From positions 30,752,001-30,816,000 of the forward strand of contig NC_043016.1 of NCBI RefSeq assembly GCF_006345805.1: DNA of 64,000 nucleotides. Direction: 5' to 3'. The notes below the pieces were generated by a model, which had not been told where the DNA came from, did no database searches, and saw only the letters and a list, made by a program, of their open reading frames with translations. Made by a program: the position numbers and the translations under genes. Positions 38,980 to 50,770 of this stretch are shown one piece after another (position 1 is the stretch's first letter; each line of letters begins with the position of its first letter). This stretch comes from Octopus sinensis (lineage: Eukaryota).

Positions 38980-39180
38980 GTTAATCAAAACATGAAAACA
39001 CAAAGAGAAAACACAACAACGCGAGGACGTGGAATAAGTATAGTGTTATTGGAAGCTCAGGAAAGGAAAGAAAGAAGGAGGATTTAACATTTCGAGCGGA
39101 GCTCTTCGTCAGAAACATAGAAAAAGAAGGGGAGATGGAGAAAGAAAATTGCCAACGATACACACGCGGTCACATATTAG
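38980..39180 (-). mobile_element. Penelope-like fragment with minimal hammerhead motif (39082-39116, family H2)
   Basis: minus strand: gTTT-CTGACGA-A GAGC tcc GCTC-GAAATGTT-AAA. Confidence 0.6.
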
Positions 39181-39211
<31 letters not shown>

Positions 39212-39499
39212 TTAGCATGATCCAAAGTGCCCATTGTAGAAAGTTAGTAAGCTTTATTATAGATGACAAAAGGTGGACAATATACAATTAAAAAAAATAG
39301 TTTATTTACCACTGTAATTTACACAATTTTTTCATATTCAAATCAAAAGAAATTTTATGAAGCTGACAATCACCATACAACTCACGATTTAGCAACTACA
39401 GTTGTTAAAAATCATTCTCTTTAGTCTTCCCCTTTACCTAGCATCTTTCTCCTTAGATTAACTGACATCCATAAACACACCCACTTTGATTTCTTTTAG

Positions 39500-39660
39500 A
39501 TAATATTCTACTCCTCTTCTTCAACATCCATGGACTCCAATCCAATGTAACCTTCCTTCTCCCAACTAGCACAGAAACTACATATGCTATTCCTCTCCAA
39601 GATACAGATCTCTCATCTTTATCCTTAGGCTGTCTCTACAGTCCAAGCAACAATCTGTAT
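39500..39660 (+). pseudogene. Possible degraded LINE APE-endonuclease N-terminus
   Basis: FFNIHGLQSN...IPLQDTDL resembles N(I)RGL.SN...LQET; weak. Confidence 0.3.
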
Positions 39661-40149
39661 TTAAATCTCACTCCAAAAGATAGTATCTGTCACATATGTA
39701 GGTTCCACTATCTCCATTACCTCTTTCACCTAGATATCAGTACCTAAATACCAATAACGATGATTCTGATTACTCTCACTTAAAATTTCCTTTCTCCAAA
39801 TACATAAACTTCCTCTACTACTATCCAATCTCAAGATATCCAAACTCATATATCTTTCTGCATCAAAAATTTAATAGCTTGTTTCATCACTCACCAAAAG
39901 AAAAAAAAATTCATCCTTTTTTATGTTTTCAGTGTTCACAATTCTTCTGGGTTCTTCAACTGATGCTGCCAGAATAGAACCATAATCTTTCTCAATCTTC
40001 AATTCTCTATATAAACTAACTTCTTCCCCTACACACTTCCATGAGCAATTTTATAGGATACTTTAATTGCTTTCAATCACTTTCCTACCACCAAACCCAA
40101 CTTCCATCATTATTGCTGGGATTAACTATAGAATATGGTAGCAATTTAT

Positions 40150-40335
40150 TATTATGGCCAGATTCCAACCTGGGCCACAGCAACAAAGTCCACCCACCAC
40201 ATTTCTCGATCCATTATCGCTGCCTCAAGATCTTGGATACATTTCAGGTCAGAGTTTGCAATCATACTGCCATTGTAAGTGTAAATACATTTTCCTCTTC
40301 TTACTTCACCATGAAGTAGGTTCCACAAGATTAAT
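40150..40335 (-). mobile_element. RTE-type LINE C-terminal fossil
   Basis: LWNLLHGEVRRGKCIYTY...LEAAIMDREMWW resembles W.P.HG...RGR...TY...AM.DR..W. Confidence 0.6.
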
Positions 40336-40341
40336 TTGAAT

Positions 40342-40580
40342 GCATATGGCGTAGTGGTTAAGAGCGCAGGCTTCTAACCCCAAGATTCTGAGTTCGATTC
40401 CAAGCAGTGACCTGAACACAACAACAACAACAACATCGAAGAATACCTAGGAATGAGAACCCAGGTTCGAAATTTCCCCAAGACACCTGATGAAGGCTGC
40501 AGGGTATATCAGCCGAACGTTGTGTTAACAACAAACAAGATGAGGACAAATATCTGTCGAATGTAAATAATGTAAATAGA
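40342..40580 (+). mobile_element. tRNA-headed SINE with a minimal hammerhead (family H1) in its tail
   Basis: A-box TGGCGTAGTGG (40347-57), B-box GAGTTCGATTCC (40390-401), (ACA)n linker, GACAC-CTGATGA-A GGCTG..CAGCC-GAACGTT-GTGTT (40482-40526). Confidence 0.8.
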
Positions 40581-40689
40581 GTCTTAATGAGGTTTGTAAG
40601 ATGCAGTAGTTATTTAAAGAGTGATGATCAGATATCTGGAAAATTCAGTTGTCTGTTATCTTTGGTTTAGAAATTAGGGTATTCAGCTC

Positions 40690-41405
40690 ATGATCATAAA
40701 GTTATAAGTTCAATACCCAGCAGCACACTGTATCCTTGGGCAAGAAACTTTATTTCACCTTGCTATAGTTTATTCAGCTGGCTAAAGTGAGTTGCACCTG
40801 TATTTCAAAGGGTCAGCCTTGTCATTTTCTGAATCTCCATGAGAACCACATTAAACGTATGTGTATCTGTGGAGTGCTCAGCCACTTACTCTTGTTTCAG
40901 TCATTTGACTGCGGCCATGCTGGAGCTCCGCTTTTAGTCAAGCAAATTGACCCCAGGACTTATCCTTTGTAAGCCTAGTACTTATTCTATCGGTCTCTTT
41001 TGCTGAAACGCTAAGTTACGGGGACGTAAACACACCAGCGTCGGTTGTCAAGCGATGTTGGGAGGACAAACACAGACACACAAACATATACAAACATACA
41101 TACATACATACATACATACATACATACATACATACATACATACATACATACACATATATATACGACGGGCTTCTTTTAGTTTCCGCTTACCAAATCCACT
41201 CACAAGGCTTTGGTGGGCCCGAGGCTATAACAGAAGACACTTGCCCAAGGTGCCACGCAGTGGGACTGAACCCGGAACCATGTGGTTCGTAAGCAAGTTA
41301 CTTACCACACAGCCACTCCTATGCCTTGCTCATAAATTTCATGAGCAGGCTGTTCCATTGATCAAATCAACTGAAACACTCATCGTCATAACCAATGGAG
41401 TGCCA
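40690..41405. mobile_element. Family C SINE (+) interrupted by a full family A SINE (-, 40888-41326)
   Basis: family C body breaks at ctcagccactt and resumes at 41327; inner SINE has internal (TACA)n. Confidence 0.8.
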
Positions 41406-41518
41406 GATTTTTTTCTTCTTTTTTTTATATTTTTGTAAGTCATCCTAAATGTGAATGGAATTATAGTAGAAGACTTAAGAAGACAAGCTCATAACGATTC
41501 CTTTTTTTTTTTTTTCAG

Positions 41519-41604
41519 TCATTGCTGAAATTAACATCATCCCTCCTGAAGAAAGACATAGTTCTGCCACCAGACATTCCAAGTGAAGATGGTAAAGAAC
41601 ATAA
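41519..41604 (+). CDS. FCHSD2: FCHSD2-like exon (86 nt): SLLKLTSSLLKKDIVLPPDIPSEDGKEH(K)
   Basis: poly-T tract + cag acceptor, gtaagt donor; corresponds to GMQKLASQYLKRD region; phases 0/2 fit neighbours. Confidence 0.88.
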
Positions 41605-42575
41605 GTAAGTATCTTTGCTTTGTATCAATATAATTTGAGCCCTTGAGTATTGAAGTGTTGGAGTATATCGTATTATATGATGGTATTGGTGGTAGTCATG
41701 GGAATTGATTAGTAATTAACTGTTTGTTCTTTGAATTAGAAATTGAATATACTATCATATCATGATGAAATGTATATATTATGTGCATATGTATATATAT
41801 ATATATATATATACATACATGCATGCATATGTAAAAAATACTGATGGTCAGCTTGATGTTATAAAGAGGTATGTAGATAAATACAGAAATAGACACACTC
41901 AGACAAACACATACACAAACATAAAACACATGTTCCTGAAAAATAGGAAAGAAAACTAGGAAAAATAAAAGAGAAAGAGGTGAAAAGAAAAAGAGGAGAG
42001 AGAGAGAAATGCAAGGAGTTAAAATCTTTCTTAATAAATATGAAAATTGCTAACATTTTGAAAATAGTAATTTCTTTCATGATCATGGTTTTAAACATGG
42101 GCACAAGGCTACAAATTTGGAGGTAGTATACAGGCTATAAAATCAATCCCAGGACCTGTCTTGTACTAATTTTATCAACTCCCAAAAGACAACATCAATC
42201 TCAGTGGAATTCGGAATGGGAACATAAAGAGATGTAACTGAACACTGAGTTATTTTATCCATTGTTCTTCTAGGTTGTTCCATATTTTTATAGTAATAAA
42301 TAACATGAACCAATAAAAAAATCTTTTTTTCTCCTGTTGTTATAAAATTTGGACCTGAACTAGGGGTTTTTTGATACACAAAATCCAAAAATGTCATCCA
42401 TGTATTACCATTATATCAAGATTTTCAAGACATTTGATCCTAGAATTTCATTGTTTTTTCAATGAAATAGTTTCTAAAGTACAAGGCATAACATAGAAAT
42501 TGGTTTTTCCTCCAAACCAGAATGTTTTTTTTAATTCTGCTGAAAAAACTAGTTAAAATCTTAAAATGTCTACAG

Positions 42576-43010
42576 TCAAATTATGTCAATGTTTATGCTT
42601 AATTTCTCATGAATTTGTATTGAGTGTTGAACCTCAGGAAGATCACAAGCTAAGTTCCAGTTATAGTCTGCAAGTCTCATGTGCCGTGATATCTTTGTGC
42701 CATTGATTTTTATGCTTTGATGGAATTGTTCTCCCTGCTTGTCACTTGTGTCACCAAAATTTTTGGGGAAATTATCAAGGCGACTGTTGAGATAGTGCAG
42801 CTTTATGTTCATATTTGCTCCCAACTTTTGGAAGTTCTCCAGTATGCCGCTGACTGTTTTGGCATAGTTGGTTGTTTTCCTGTTGCCCAGAAAGTGAAAG
42901 CATAGTCCATTTTTATTCAGAGCTTTAACAAACTGCTTCACAATGCCAAGTTTGATATGGAGTGGAAGTAGAATGATTTTTCCAGGTTGAATTGTAGGCT
43001 CTTCAAACAC
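42576..43010 (-). pseudogene. Chapaev3-like (CMC superfamily) transposase fossil, internally deleted
   Basis: PLHIKLGIVKQFVKAL, GANMNIKLHYLNSRLDNFPKNFGDTSDKQGEQFHQSIK, LADYNW motifs; family assignment from recall. Confidence 0.75.
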
Positions 43011-44192
43011 ATTAAAAGATGAAATTTAAAGTTGAATTAGTTAGAATTTTAAGTTAGTCATAGAATATTCTTTTACTGTGAAACATTAGGGATCTTGTAT
43101 TATGATGATTTATAGCAAGACAAATCTTCTAAAAGATTTCCCTGTTCAATAACCATATTTATTCTATTGAATTTCATTATTTAATAATAGTTTTTTTTTC
43201 TTGTTCTTTTGTGTTAGATTTTGCTATTTCTTTTTAAAAATAGCAATTGCACTCAAACAGTTGAAACTTGTAAACTATATTTTACTGATTTTACTAACTT
43301 CAAGGAACAATATTTTGAATAACAATTTTCAGATTGATGAAATTCTTAGAGTATTTGCAGTAGTATAGCAAAGCCTCTTAGCATCTGGCGGATGGGGGTA
43401 AAAAGATATCTTCGATGCATATTGATTAATACTTTGATTGACAGAGAAATTCTTGCTTCTCATGACACTTGCATTTGAGATTGTGACCATCACCTCTTTC
43501 CTTCTTTCATGCTTCACCTCTCAATTATTATCATTATTTAACATGTTTTCCTTGCTAGCATGGGTTGGACGGTTTGACTGGAGCACCAGACTTTAGCTGT
43601 GTGCTTTGGCATGATTTCTACAGTTGGATGCCATTCCTAACGCCAACTACCTTACAGAGTGTACCAGGTCCTTTTCACATAGTGCTGGGTGCTCTGTATG
43701 TGACACCAGCATGGGTGCTCTTTATGTGGTGCTTAGTAGTATTTAGTTATGGCCCTTTATGTTCAGGGTTCAAATCCCAGCAAGACCAGCTTTACTATAT
43801 ATCCTTCTGGTGTTGATCTAATGAATATCCTCTGCCTCTCCACCCCCAGTATTTCTAGCTTTGTGCTTATGTCAGAAAGCAATTGTTTCATTTCAAATCT
43901 TTATATTTTATCAAATTTTTAGGTGTTTTTGTATATTAAATCTTCTTTTTTTCTAGTTATTTATTTATTTATTTTTCATAAAAGAAACTATTTTTACAGG
44001 AAGTTAAAATCTTATAAAATTTGCTGATGGCTTATATTAATCTATTTATGTATTTTCAATTGTATTAATTACATATCTGAAAAAAAAAAAAAAAACTATT
44101 TGAATACGTTTCATTTTTCCATTTCATGCTTACTAGGCAAAGTATAGGAAGGTATGTTTCTGTTATTGCAATATTGTAATTTTGTTGGCCTT

Positions 44193-44224
<32 letters not shown>

Positions 44225-45204
44225 CATGTGTGTGTGCGCGCGCATGTGTGTGTGCACACACTTTTGTCAGCTTTGCTTTATTTTTTTATATATCAAGTCT
44301 TCCATTGACTTAGTTATTTTTTTCTCCCTTCAAAAGGCAAATAGAAATAAATAACATCAAAAATTTTTTTTTCTTTACCCTATTTTTTTAGCTGTGTGGT
44401 TAAGAAGCTCTCTTTGCAACCACATGGTTGGGGTTTAGTCTCACTGTGTGACATCTTGCACAAATACCCCATATCAAAATCTGGGCCTCTGGGCCAATCA
44501 GTGGTTTCTGCATGTATGTATGTATGTACATCTTTGTGTTTGTGACCTCCTTCCCCCACCACAACCACCACCAACACCACTTGACAACAGGTGTTGGTTT
44601 GTTTACTGCCTCTGTAACTTAGCAAGAAAGACCAATAGAATAAACAGTAGACTTAAAGCATAAATACTGGGGCTAGTTTGTTCACTTCAAGGCTGTACCC
44701 CTGTATGGCTACAGTCCATTGACTGAAACAAATAAAGGATAAAAAAATGTAAAACATAAACTAAAATTTCTTGTTTAATAGAAAATATGCATGCAGATAC
44801 TCTGAATAACAAAACAAAAGCTATCAGCTTACAAATTAAATAATTAGAGTTTATTGTATGTATTGACTACATCATATATGTTAATGATGGCAGTTTCTTT
44901 GAGTTCAAAGTTGATGAGAAAGAGTTACATGCTCCTGAGTGGGTTTGTAAACTGATCCTAGATGTTGCAGGGTTTTTCTTCCTGCCTGCACTTAGTAGTT
45001 TTAAAGCAAGGGTTAGTCCATGCAATCAGATCCAACTATTTAGACTTAGAGGTCTGACCACAGTGACTCTCACCAGGTTAAAGCAGCTGCAGTGACCAGC
45101 AAACTGTAGGTTTTATGTTGGGGGGACCCCTTCTCCTAGGGGAATTAATTACCTTACAAGGCTGGAGAGCTCCACTTACTCTTTATATATATTTATGTAT
45201 ATAT

Positions 45205-45235
<31 letters not shown>

Positions 45236-45427
45236 ATATATTAAATTAGAGATAAAACCACTATTAGGCAAATCAAACAGTGAAAATCATAAGCCAATAC
45301 ATAGAAATAAAATTAATTTTTTAAAAATATAAAATATAAAATATAAAAAATATTAAATTCCAAATTAAAATATTTAAATTAAAGTTAAGATTTTTAAAAT
45401 TATTTAAATAATTTAACTTATAAATTT

Positions 45428-45462
<35 letters not shown>

Positions 45463-45770
45463 ATTTTTTTAATTTTATCTTATATTAAACTTTTAATACT
45501 TTTGATAGTTATATATTTTTTAAAATAAATAAATAAATAAATAAAATAATAATAATAAATATATATATATATATATATATAAAATTTATAAGTTTAAATT
45601 ATTTAAATAATTTTTAAAAATTTAACTTAATTTAAATATTTTAATTTGGAATTTTATATTTTTTATATTTTATATTTTTTTTTTTTTTTATTAATTTTAT
45701 TTCTATGTATTGGCTTATGATTTCCACTGTTTGATTTGCCTAATAGTGGTTTTATCTCTAATTTAATATA
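45236..45770. repeat. Very AT-rich inverted repeat (~215-bp arms) with (TA)n spacer
   Basis: ttagagataaaaccactattaggcaaatc... mirrored by ...gatttgcctaatagtggttttatctctaa. Confidence 0.8.
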
Positions 45771-45851
45771 AATATATTTATACTATAAAATTAGATTTAA
45801 TCCTAAATCTAATTTTTCCCTGTAAGTTTGGATTTACTCCCTAATATTATT

Positions 45852-45925
<74 letters not shown>

Positions 45926-46566
45926 ATATATATATTTGAATGAATATGTATGTATAGAGAGAGCGAGTGAACAATGAAATGGAAGTTGCACTCAGCACAT
46001 AGTAGGAGTTGTATTATTGAGTAACAGGCTGATTTTGCTTCTCGTGTTACTTTAAGTTTCCCAAGTGATGAAAAAAAAAAAACATACCCAGCTGGTCTGA
46101 TATTCAGAAGCTAAAGCTTAGTGTTTGAATGTACAATGACATGGTTCTGTTTTTTCACTGCCACTTTACTTTAAGTAACATGAGGAGCTAAATCAACCAG
46201 ATATTCAATAAATGTGTGTGTGTGTTTCAAAGTAAATTTCCAAAATTGGTTAATAGGGATATATAATCCTAGTGAGTATCATGCTTGCTCTTATTGTTTA
46301 ACAATACTGGCTAACCTCACAGTGAATGTAGATAAACCCCAGTTAGTTAAATTTACTATACTTGGTTGGTCCTCACTTTGGTAATTCTAAATATCTTTAT
46401 AGAGACTGCATAGTATTGGTAGAGAAGAAACAATAAATTAATAGATATCATGAGAATAGAGATTTACATATCCAGGTTTTATTATACAATTAACCACATC
46501 TTTCTGACAAAGAAAGATGTGATTAGCTGTATGATATAACCTGGATATGCAAATCTGATAGTTATT

Positions 46567-46956
<390 letters not shown>

Positions 46957-47017
46957 TGGCAGGGCTGGCCTGCTAGGTGGCTGGCCGGCTACCTAGCATA
47001 TTAATTTATCTCCCTCA

Positions 47018-47066
<49 letters not shown>

Positions 47067-48060
47067 CACATACATATAACGTTCTTGTAACAGTACCACA
47101 GATGTTAAGCTGAATGTATGAAAGTAATGATATCAAGAAATAGTGATTTAACAGTGTTTCTTTTATTGTTGTGGTAACCATGTTTACTGTCTCGTAAACT
47201 TATATTTTGTACTCCACCTTATACAACTTATCATTGTATTCCACCCTCATTTATTTTCTGTTTGTATTTCACCCTCTTTTTCCTTCTTCATTTATCCTCA
47301 TCACATTAATAAATATACTAGAAAATGTATACTGCAATTAATCATATTAAATGGCGAATGTCGTATATTAAGGAGGTAAGCTACCAGTGAGGCAAGTTTC
47401 ACAACCTGTTTTTCTTTTACATTCCTTTTTATGCTAATTTGGTTCCACTCACATAACCAATCCTTTTAAGAAAAGTTTGCAAATTACATAAGTTGAATGT
47501 TCTGGGAGTAGATGAATGATATTGATAGGCAGAGTCCTTCCTCAGGGAGAACTTATTAAATTTGTGAACTTTACTAAAAGACTTTGCTGAAGCATCACCT
47601 TATTCCCTCAGACTCTTCCCTCACCCACCTATTAAATATATTCTTTATAAAATGAATAACCAACATAAGCTTATATCTAATATCTGTGGACTGAGACCTT
47701 GAATTTATAGAAGATAAAATAGTTTGTACTTGATTACTAAAAAGAAAAAAAAACTGTAACATAAACATGGGTGGAATTCCTCTCTCCCTTTATCATATGT
47801 ATGTGCATTTGAACATAGCAGGTAACAGCTAGCCTTTGGCCGCTGTTGTGTCCACTACTCTGATTGGTTGATATTGGGCCAATTTGTCTCTTACTTTGTC
47901 ACTCCAATTTGCTGCACGAGACAGCCAGTTCTCAGCCCAGTTTTGAGCCTACAAAACCATTCAATTCAATGAATGTAATATTTAATAAGCAGTATCCCAT
48001 GTTAAGGTTTATTCTATTTATTAAACATATTTTTGTTTGCTTTCTGCTAACCAGTGTTCC

Positions 48061-48263
48061 TTAACCATTTAGCATTTAAATTAGCTGTATCTGACCCAAA
48101 TATTCTACCTGCTCCATGTTCAAACTGATCAGAATTAGCCTCTCACACTTAGCCTACATTGTCATTCTAAAAATATAGAATCACATCATTGAAATCTCAA
48201 AACATGATTAATTCAAAACGGTGTGAATAAATAAGCATTACATTTGACAGAGTAAAGAGTTAA
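48061..48263. mobile_element. piggyBac-like MITE (degenerate)
   Basis: TTAA|ccatttagcatt ... aaagag|TTAA; related end at 35128-35170. Confidence 0.5.
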
Positions 48264-48648
48264 CTTACACCCATGTTTTATATTATATTTGTTTGTTTGT
48301 AATTAATCCCCTAGCTGAAAGCAAACAAAAGTGCATTTAATAAATATGATGCTGCTTATTAAAAACATTATTCATTGAATGTAATAGTTTTTTCTTATAT
48401 TCTTAGGAATAAAGTACAAACATCTTTGGTTCACAGATATTAGATATAATCTTGTGTTGGTTATTCTTCTCATAAAGAATATATCTAAAAGTTCAGGGAA
48501 AGAGTCTGGGGAAACAAGTGGAACAAATGGTGATGTTTCAGCTAAAATTTCTGGTTAAGTTGATTACTGTATATTGTTGATATGTTATAGCTGAATACAC
48601 ATTGGTATCCACGGATTGGATATCTTTCAATGTTAGTATTATTAAATA

Positions 48649-49163
48649 CTAGCAGCATAGCCCGGCATTGCCTGGGTATGTAAGAGCCCCTGGAGCAGAC
48701 ATGATGCTCGCTGTGAATTTTTTTAAAATTCCTGCCAATTTGTGAAAGATATTGTCGAAAATATGTCATCTTGAATTTGAACGCAATTTCCCAAAATGGC
48801 ATGAATTTATCGATTTTTTCTGATGGTAAGGTATTGCATGGAAAACTAACGTCGGAATTAAGTTTCTTAGGGTAACATTAAGCTTCACCATGAGTTTGGT
48901 GAAAATCGATTGCAAGTTGTGAAAACTACAACAGAAAATGTGTTGCAAATAAAAAGCTTAGATTCTCGACCCCATGTCGAATTTATCGAATTTTTTCAGA
49001 ACTGGGGGAACTTTTCAAAATTTTCACTGCGTTAGTTTTGAATTATGACATTGGGCTATGTGTGTGTCAAGTTTCATCAGAATCGGTTGAAAGCCGTGGT
49101 CAGGGTGAGGGTACAACCTGACAGACACACATACAGACAAACTGCCGTTTATATAGAGAGAGA
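48649..49163 (-). mobile_element. Non-autonomous Helitron
   Basis: minus 5' a|TCtctctatataaacggcag; 3' cccaggcaatgccggg hairpin + CTAG|t. Confidence 0.8.
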
Positions 49164-50252
49164 TAAAACCATCTCTAGCTTCCAGTTACTAAAGTTTGAA
49201 TTGTTGGCCATTTTCAAATTACATATAACTAATATGAGATGACTATAACTAATCCCCAGGAGAAAGACTCTATATTGTAAAAAGTAAATAACTCATGTAT
49301 AATGAAAGGAAATATCTTTACTGCTTTACTAGGGATCCTTCATTGAAGAATAATTTGGAATTAGTTATCCAACAGTCTTTTCTTTTTTTTAGTTTTTTTT
49401 TTTTTAAGTAAAAATTTAACAAGTGTAGGACTTAAATTTTCGCAATAGGTACTTGAAATAAAGTGATTTAAGTGATGTTTAACCACTTCATAATTTGCAT
49501 TGTGAAACATATTCAGGATAGAGTCAAGCACTTAATTTGGAGGAACTAACAAACAAGTAGTTTTATTAACTGTAAGAAAACAAAGGGTTTGAATGAGTAA
49601 GTCACATATTATGGTTTTAACCTAGACAGCCTGATATTTCACTATACCCCTCTCCCTTTGACTAAATAAAAAACCCACAGACATGATTTTCTCATAGCCT
49701 TTTTAAAAAGATTTAATTTCAATTATGTAACTGATAAAAAATGGAAAATATAATCTTTTTCTTATTTATTTTTGTTATTAGTACCAAAAAGATTCTTTAA
49801 ACTGCTAAATTCTCCATTTCTTCTTTTTTCTTTTTACTTTGTTTTTTTGAGAAACTATAAGTTTTAAGTTATTTAGTGTCTGTTTTTCATTATATGTACT
49901 CAGTCAGAAACTGAACTCACAAATATTTATTTTATGCACAGTTCTAAAATGTTTAACTATAATGCCATCATATTTAAGGAAAGTTTAAATTTCTTTACAC
50001 TATTGATAGCAATATTGGACTACACGCTATGGTGTTTAATCCTAGGTCAGCTTTGTCCCATCGATCACCCAGCCACCCACTCCCAACCAAATCACCTATA
50101 TCCAATATGTCCTCCATCTTTTAAGAAATTTAGATGTGCTTTGAGAGAAATTTGCCTACCATTTGTAGGTTCCAAAGTGATTCTTTCATTGGCTCATTAG
50201 TGCTAAGCTTGGGGAATTGGGTACTCATCAACACTATATATATATAAGTTTT

Positions 50253-50469
50253 AAAAAAAAACACCTTTTATCAATTCAATAATGAAAAATTAAATTATAC
50301 CATTTAGAAAAATTACATCTTATAGAAAGATTAAATATAAGATAAAACATATAACAATGATTAAGTAATGTGCAAAATAACAAATAAAATGTATATATTT
50401 GGTATATATTTTTCTAAATGGTATAATTTAATTTTTCATTATTGAATTGATAAAAGGTATTTTTTTTTT
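50253..50469. repeat. Foldback with ~60-bp arms and ~94-bp spacer in (TA)n
   Basis: ccttttatcaattcaataatgaaaaattaaattataccatttagaaaaat and its reverse complement. Confidence 0.8.
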
Positions 50470-50472
50470 CTA

Positions 50473-50505
<33 letters not shown>

Positions 50506-50579
50506 GAAATTTGATTTAGTTTTTCTAAATTGAATTTTTCCCTGTAAGTTTGGAATAATATTCCCTCATATATATAGGG

Positions 50580-50770
50580 AGAGTTTACGAAAAAACAAAA
50601 GACGAAGACAGGTGGTGTACGAAACAAACAGATGTGTTAGTATAATGCTCAGGAATAGAAAAAGTCTTTTACGTTTCGAGCCTATGCTCTTCTACAGAAA
50701 GGGACACAGAAAAAAAACAAGGAGAGACACAAGGAGAGAAAAAAATGTGTGTAGTGGCTAACGATCTATC
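50580..50770 (-). mobile_element. Penelope-like fragment with minimal hammerhead motif (50664-50705, family H3)
   Basis: minus strand: gtcc CTTT-CTGTAGA-A GAGC atag GCTC-GAA ACGT A-AAAG ac. Confidence 0.65.

Noticed and set aside
40342-40410. tRNA gene (also SINE heads at 19234, 19670, 23400-23468)
   Set aside because: A/B boxes are present but no complete cloverleaf with acceptor stem; each continues into repeat body, so these are SINE heads
47820-47960. Promoter-like patch with CCAAT boxes
   Set aside because: Short motifs only; no transcript or ORF support, and such patches are common inside old DNA transposons
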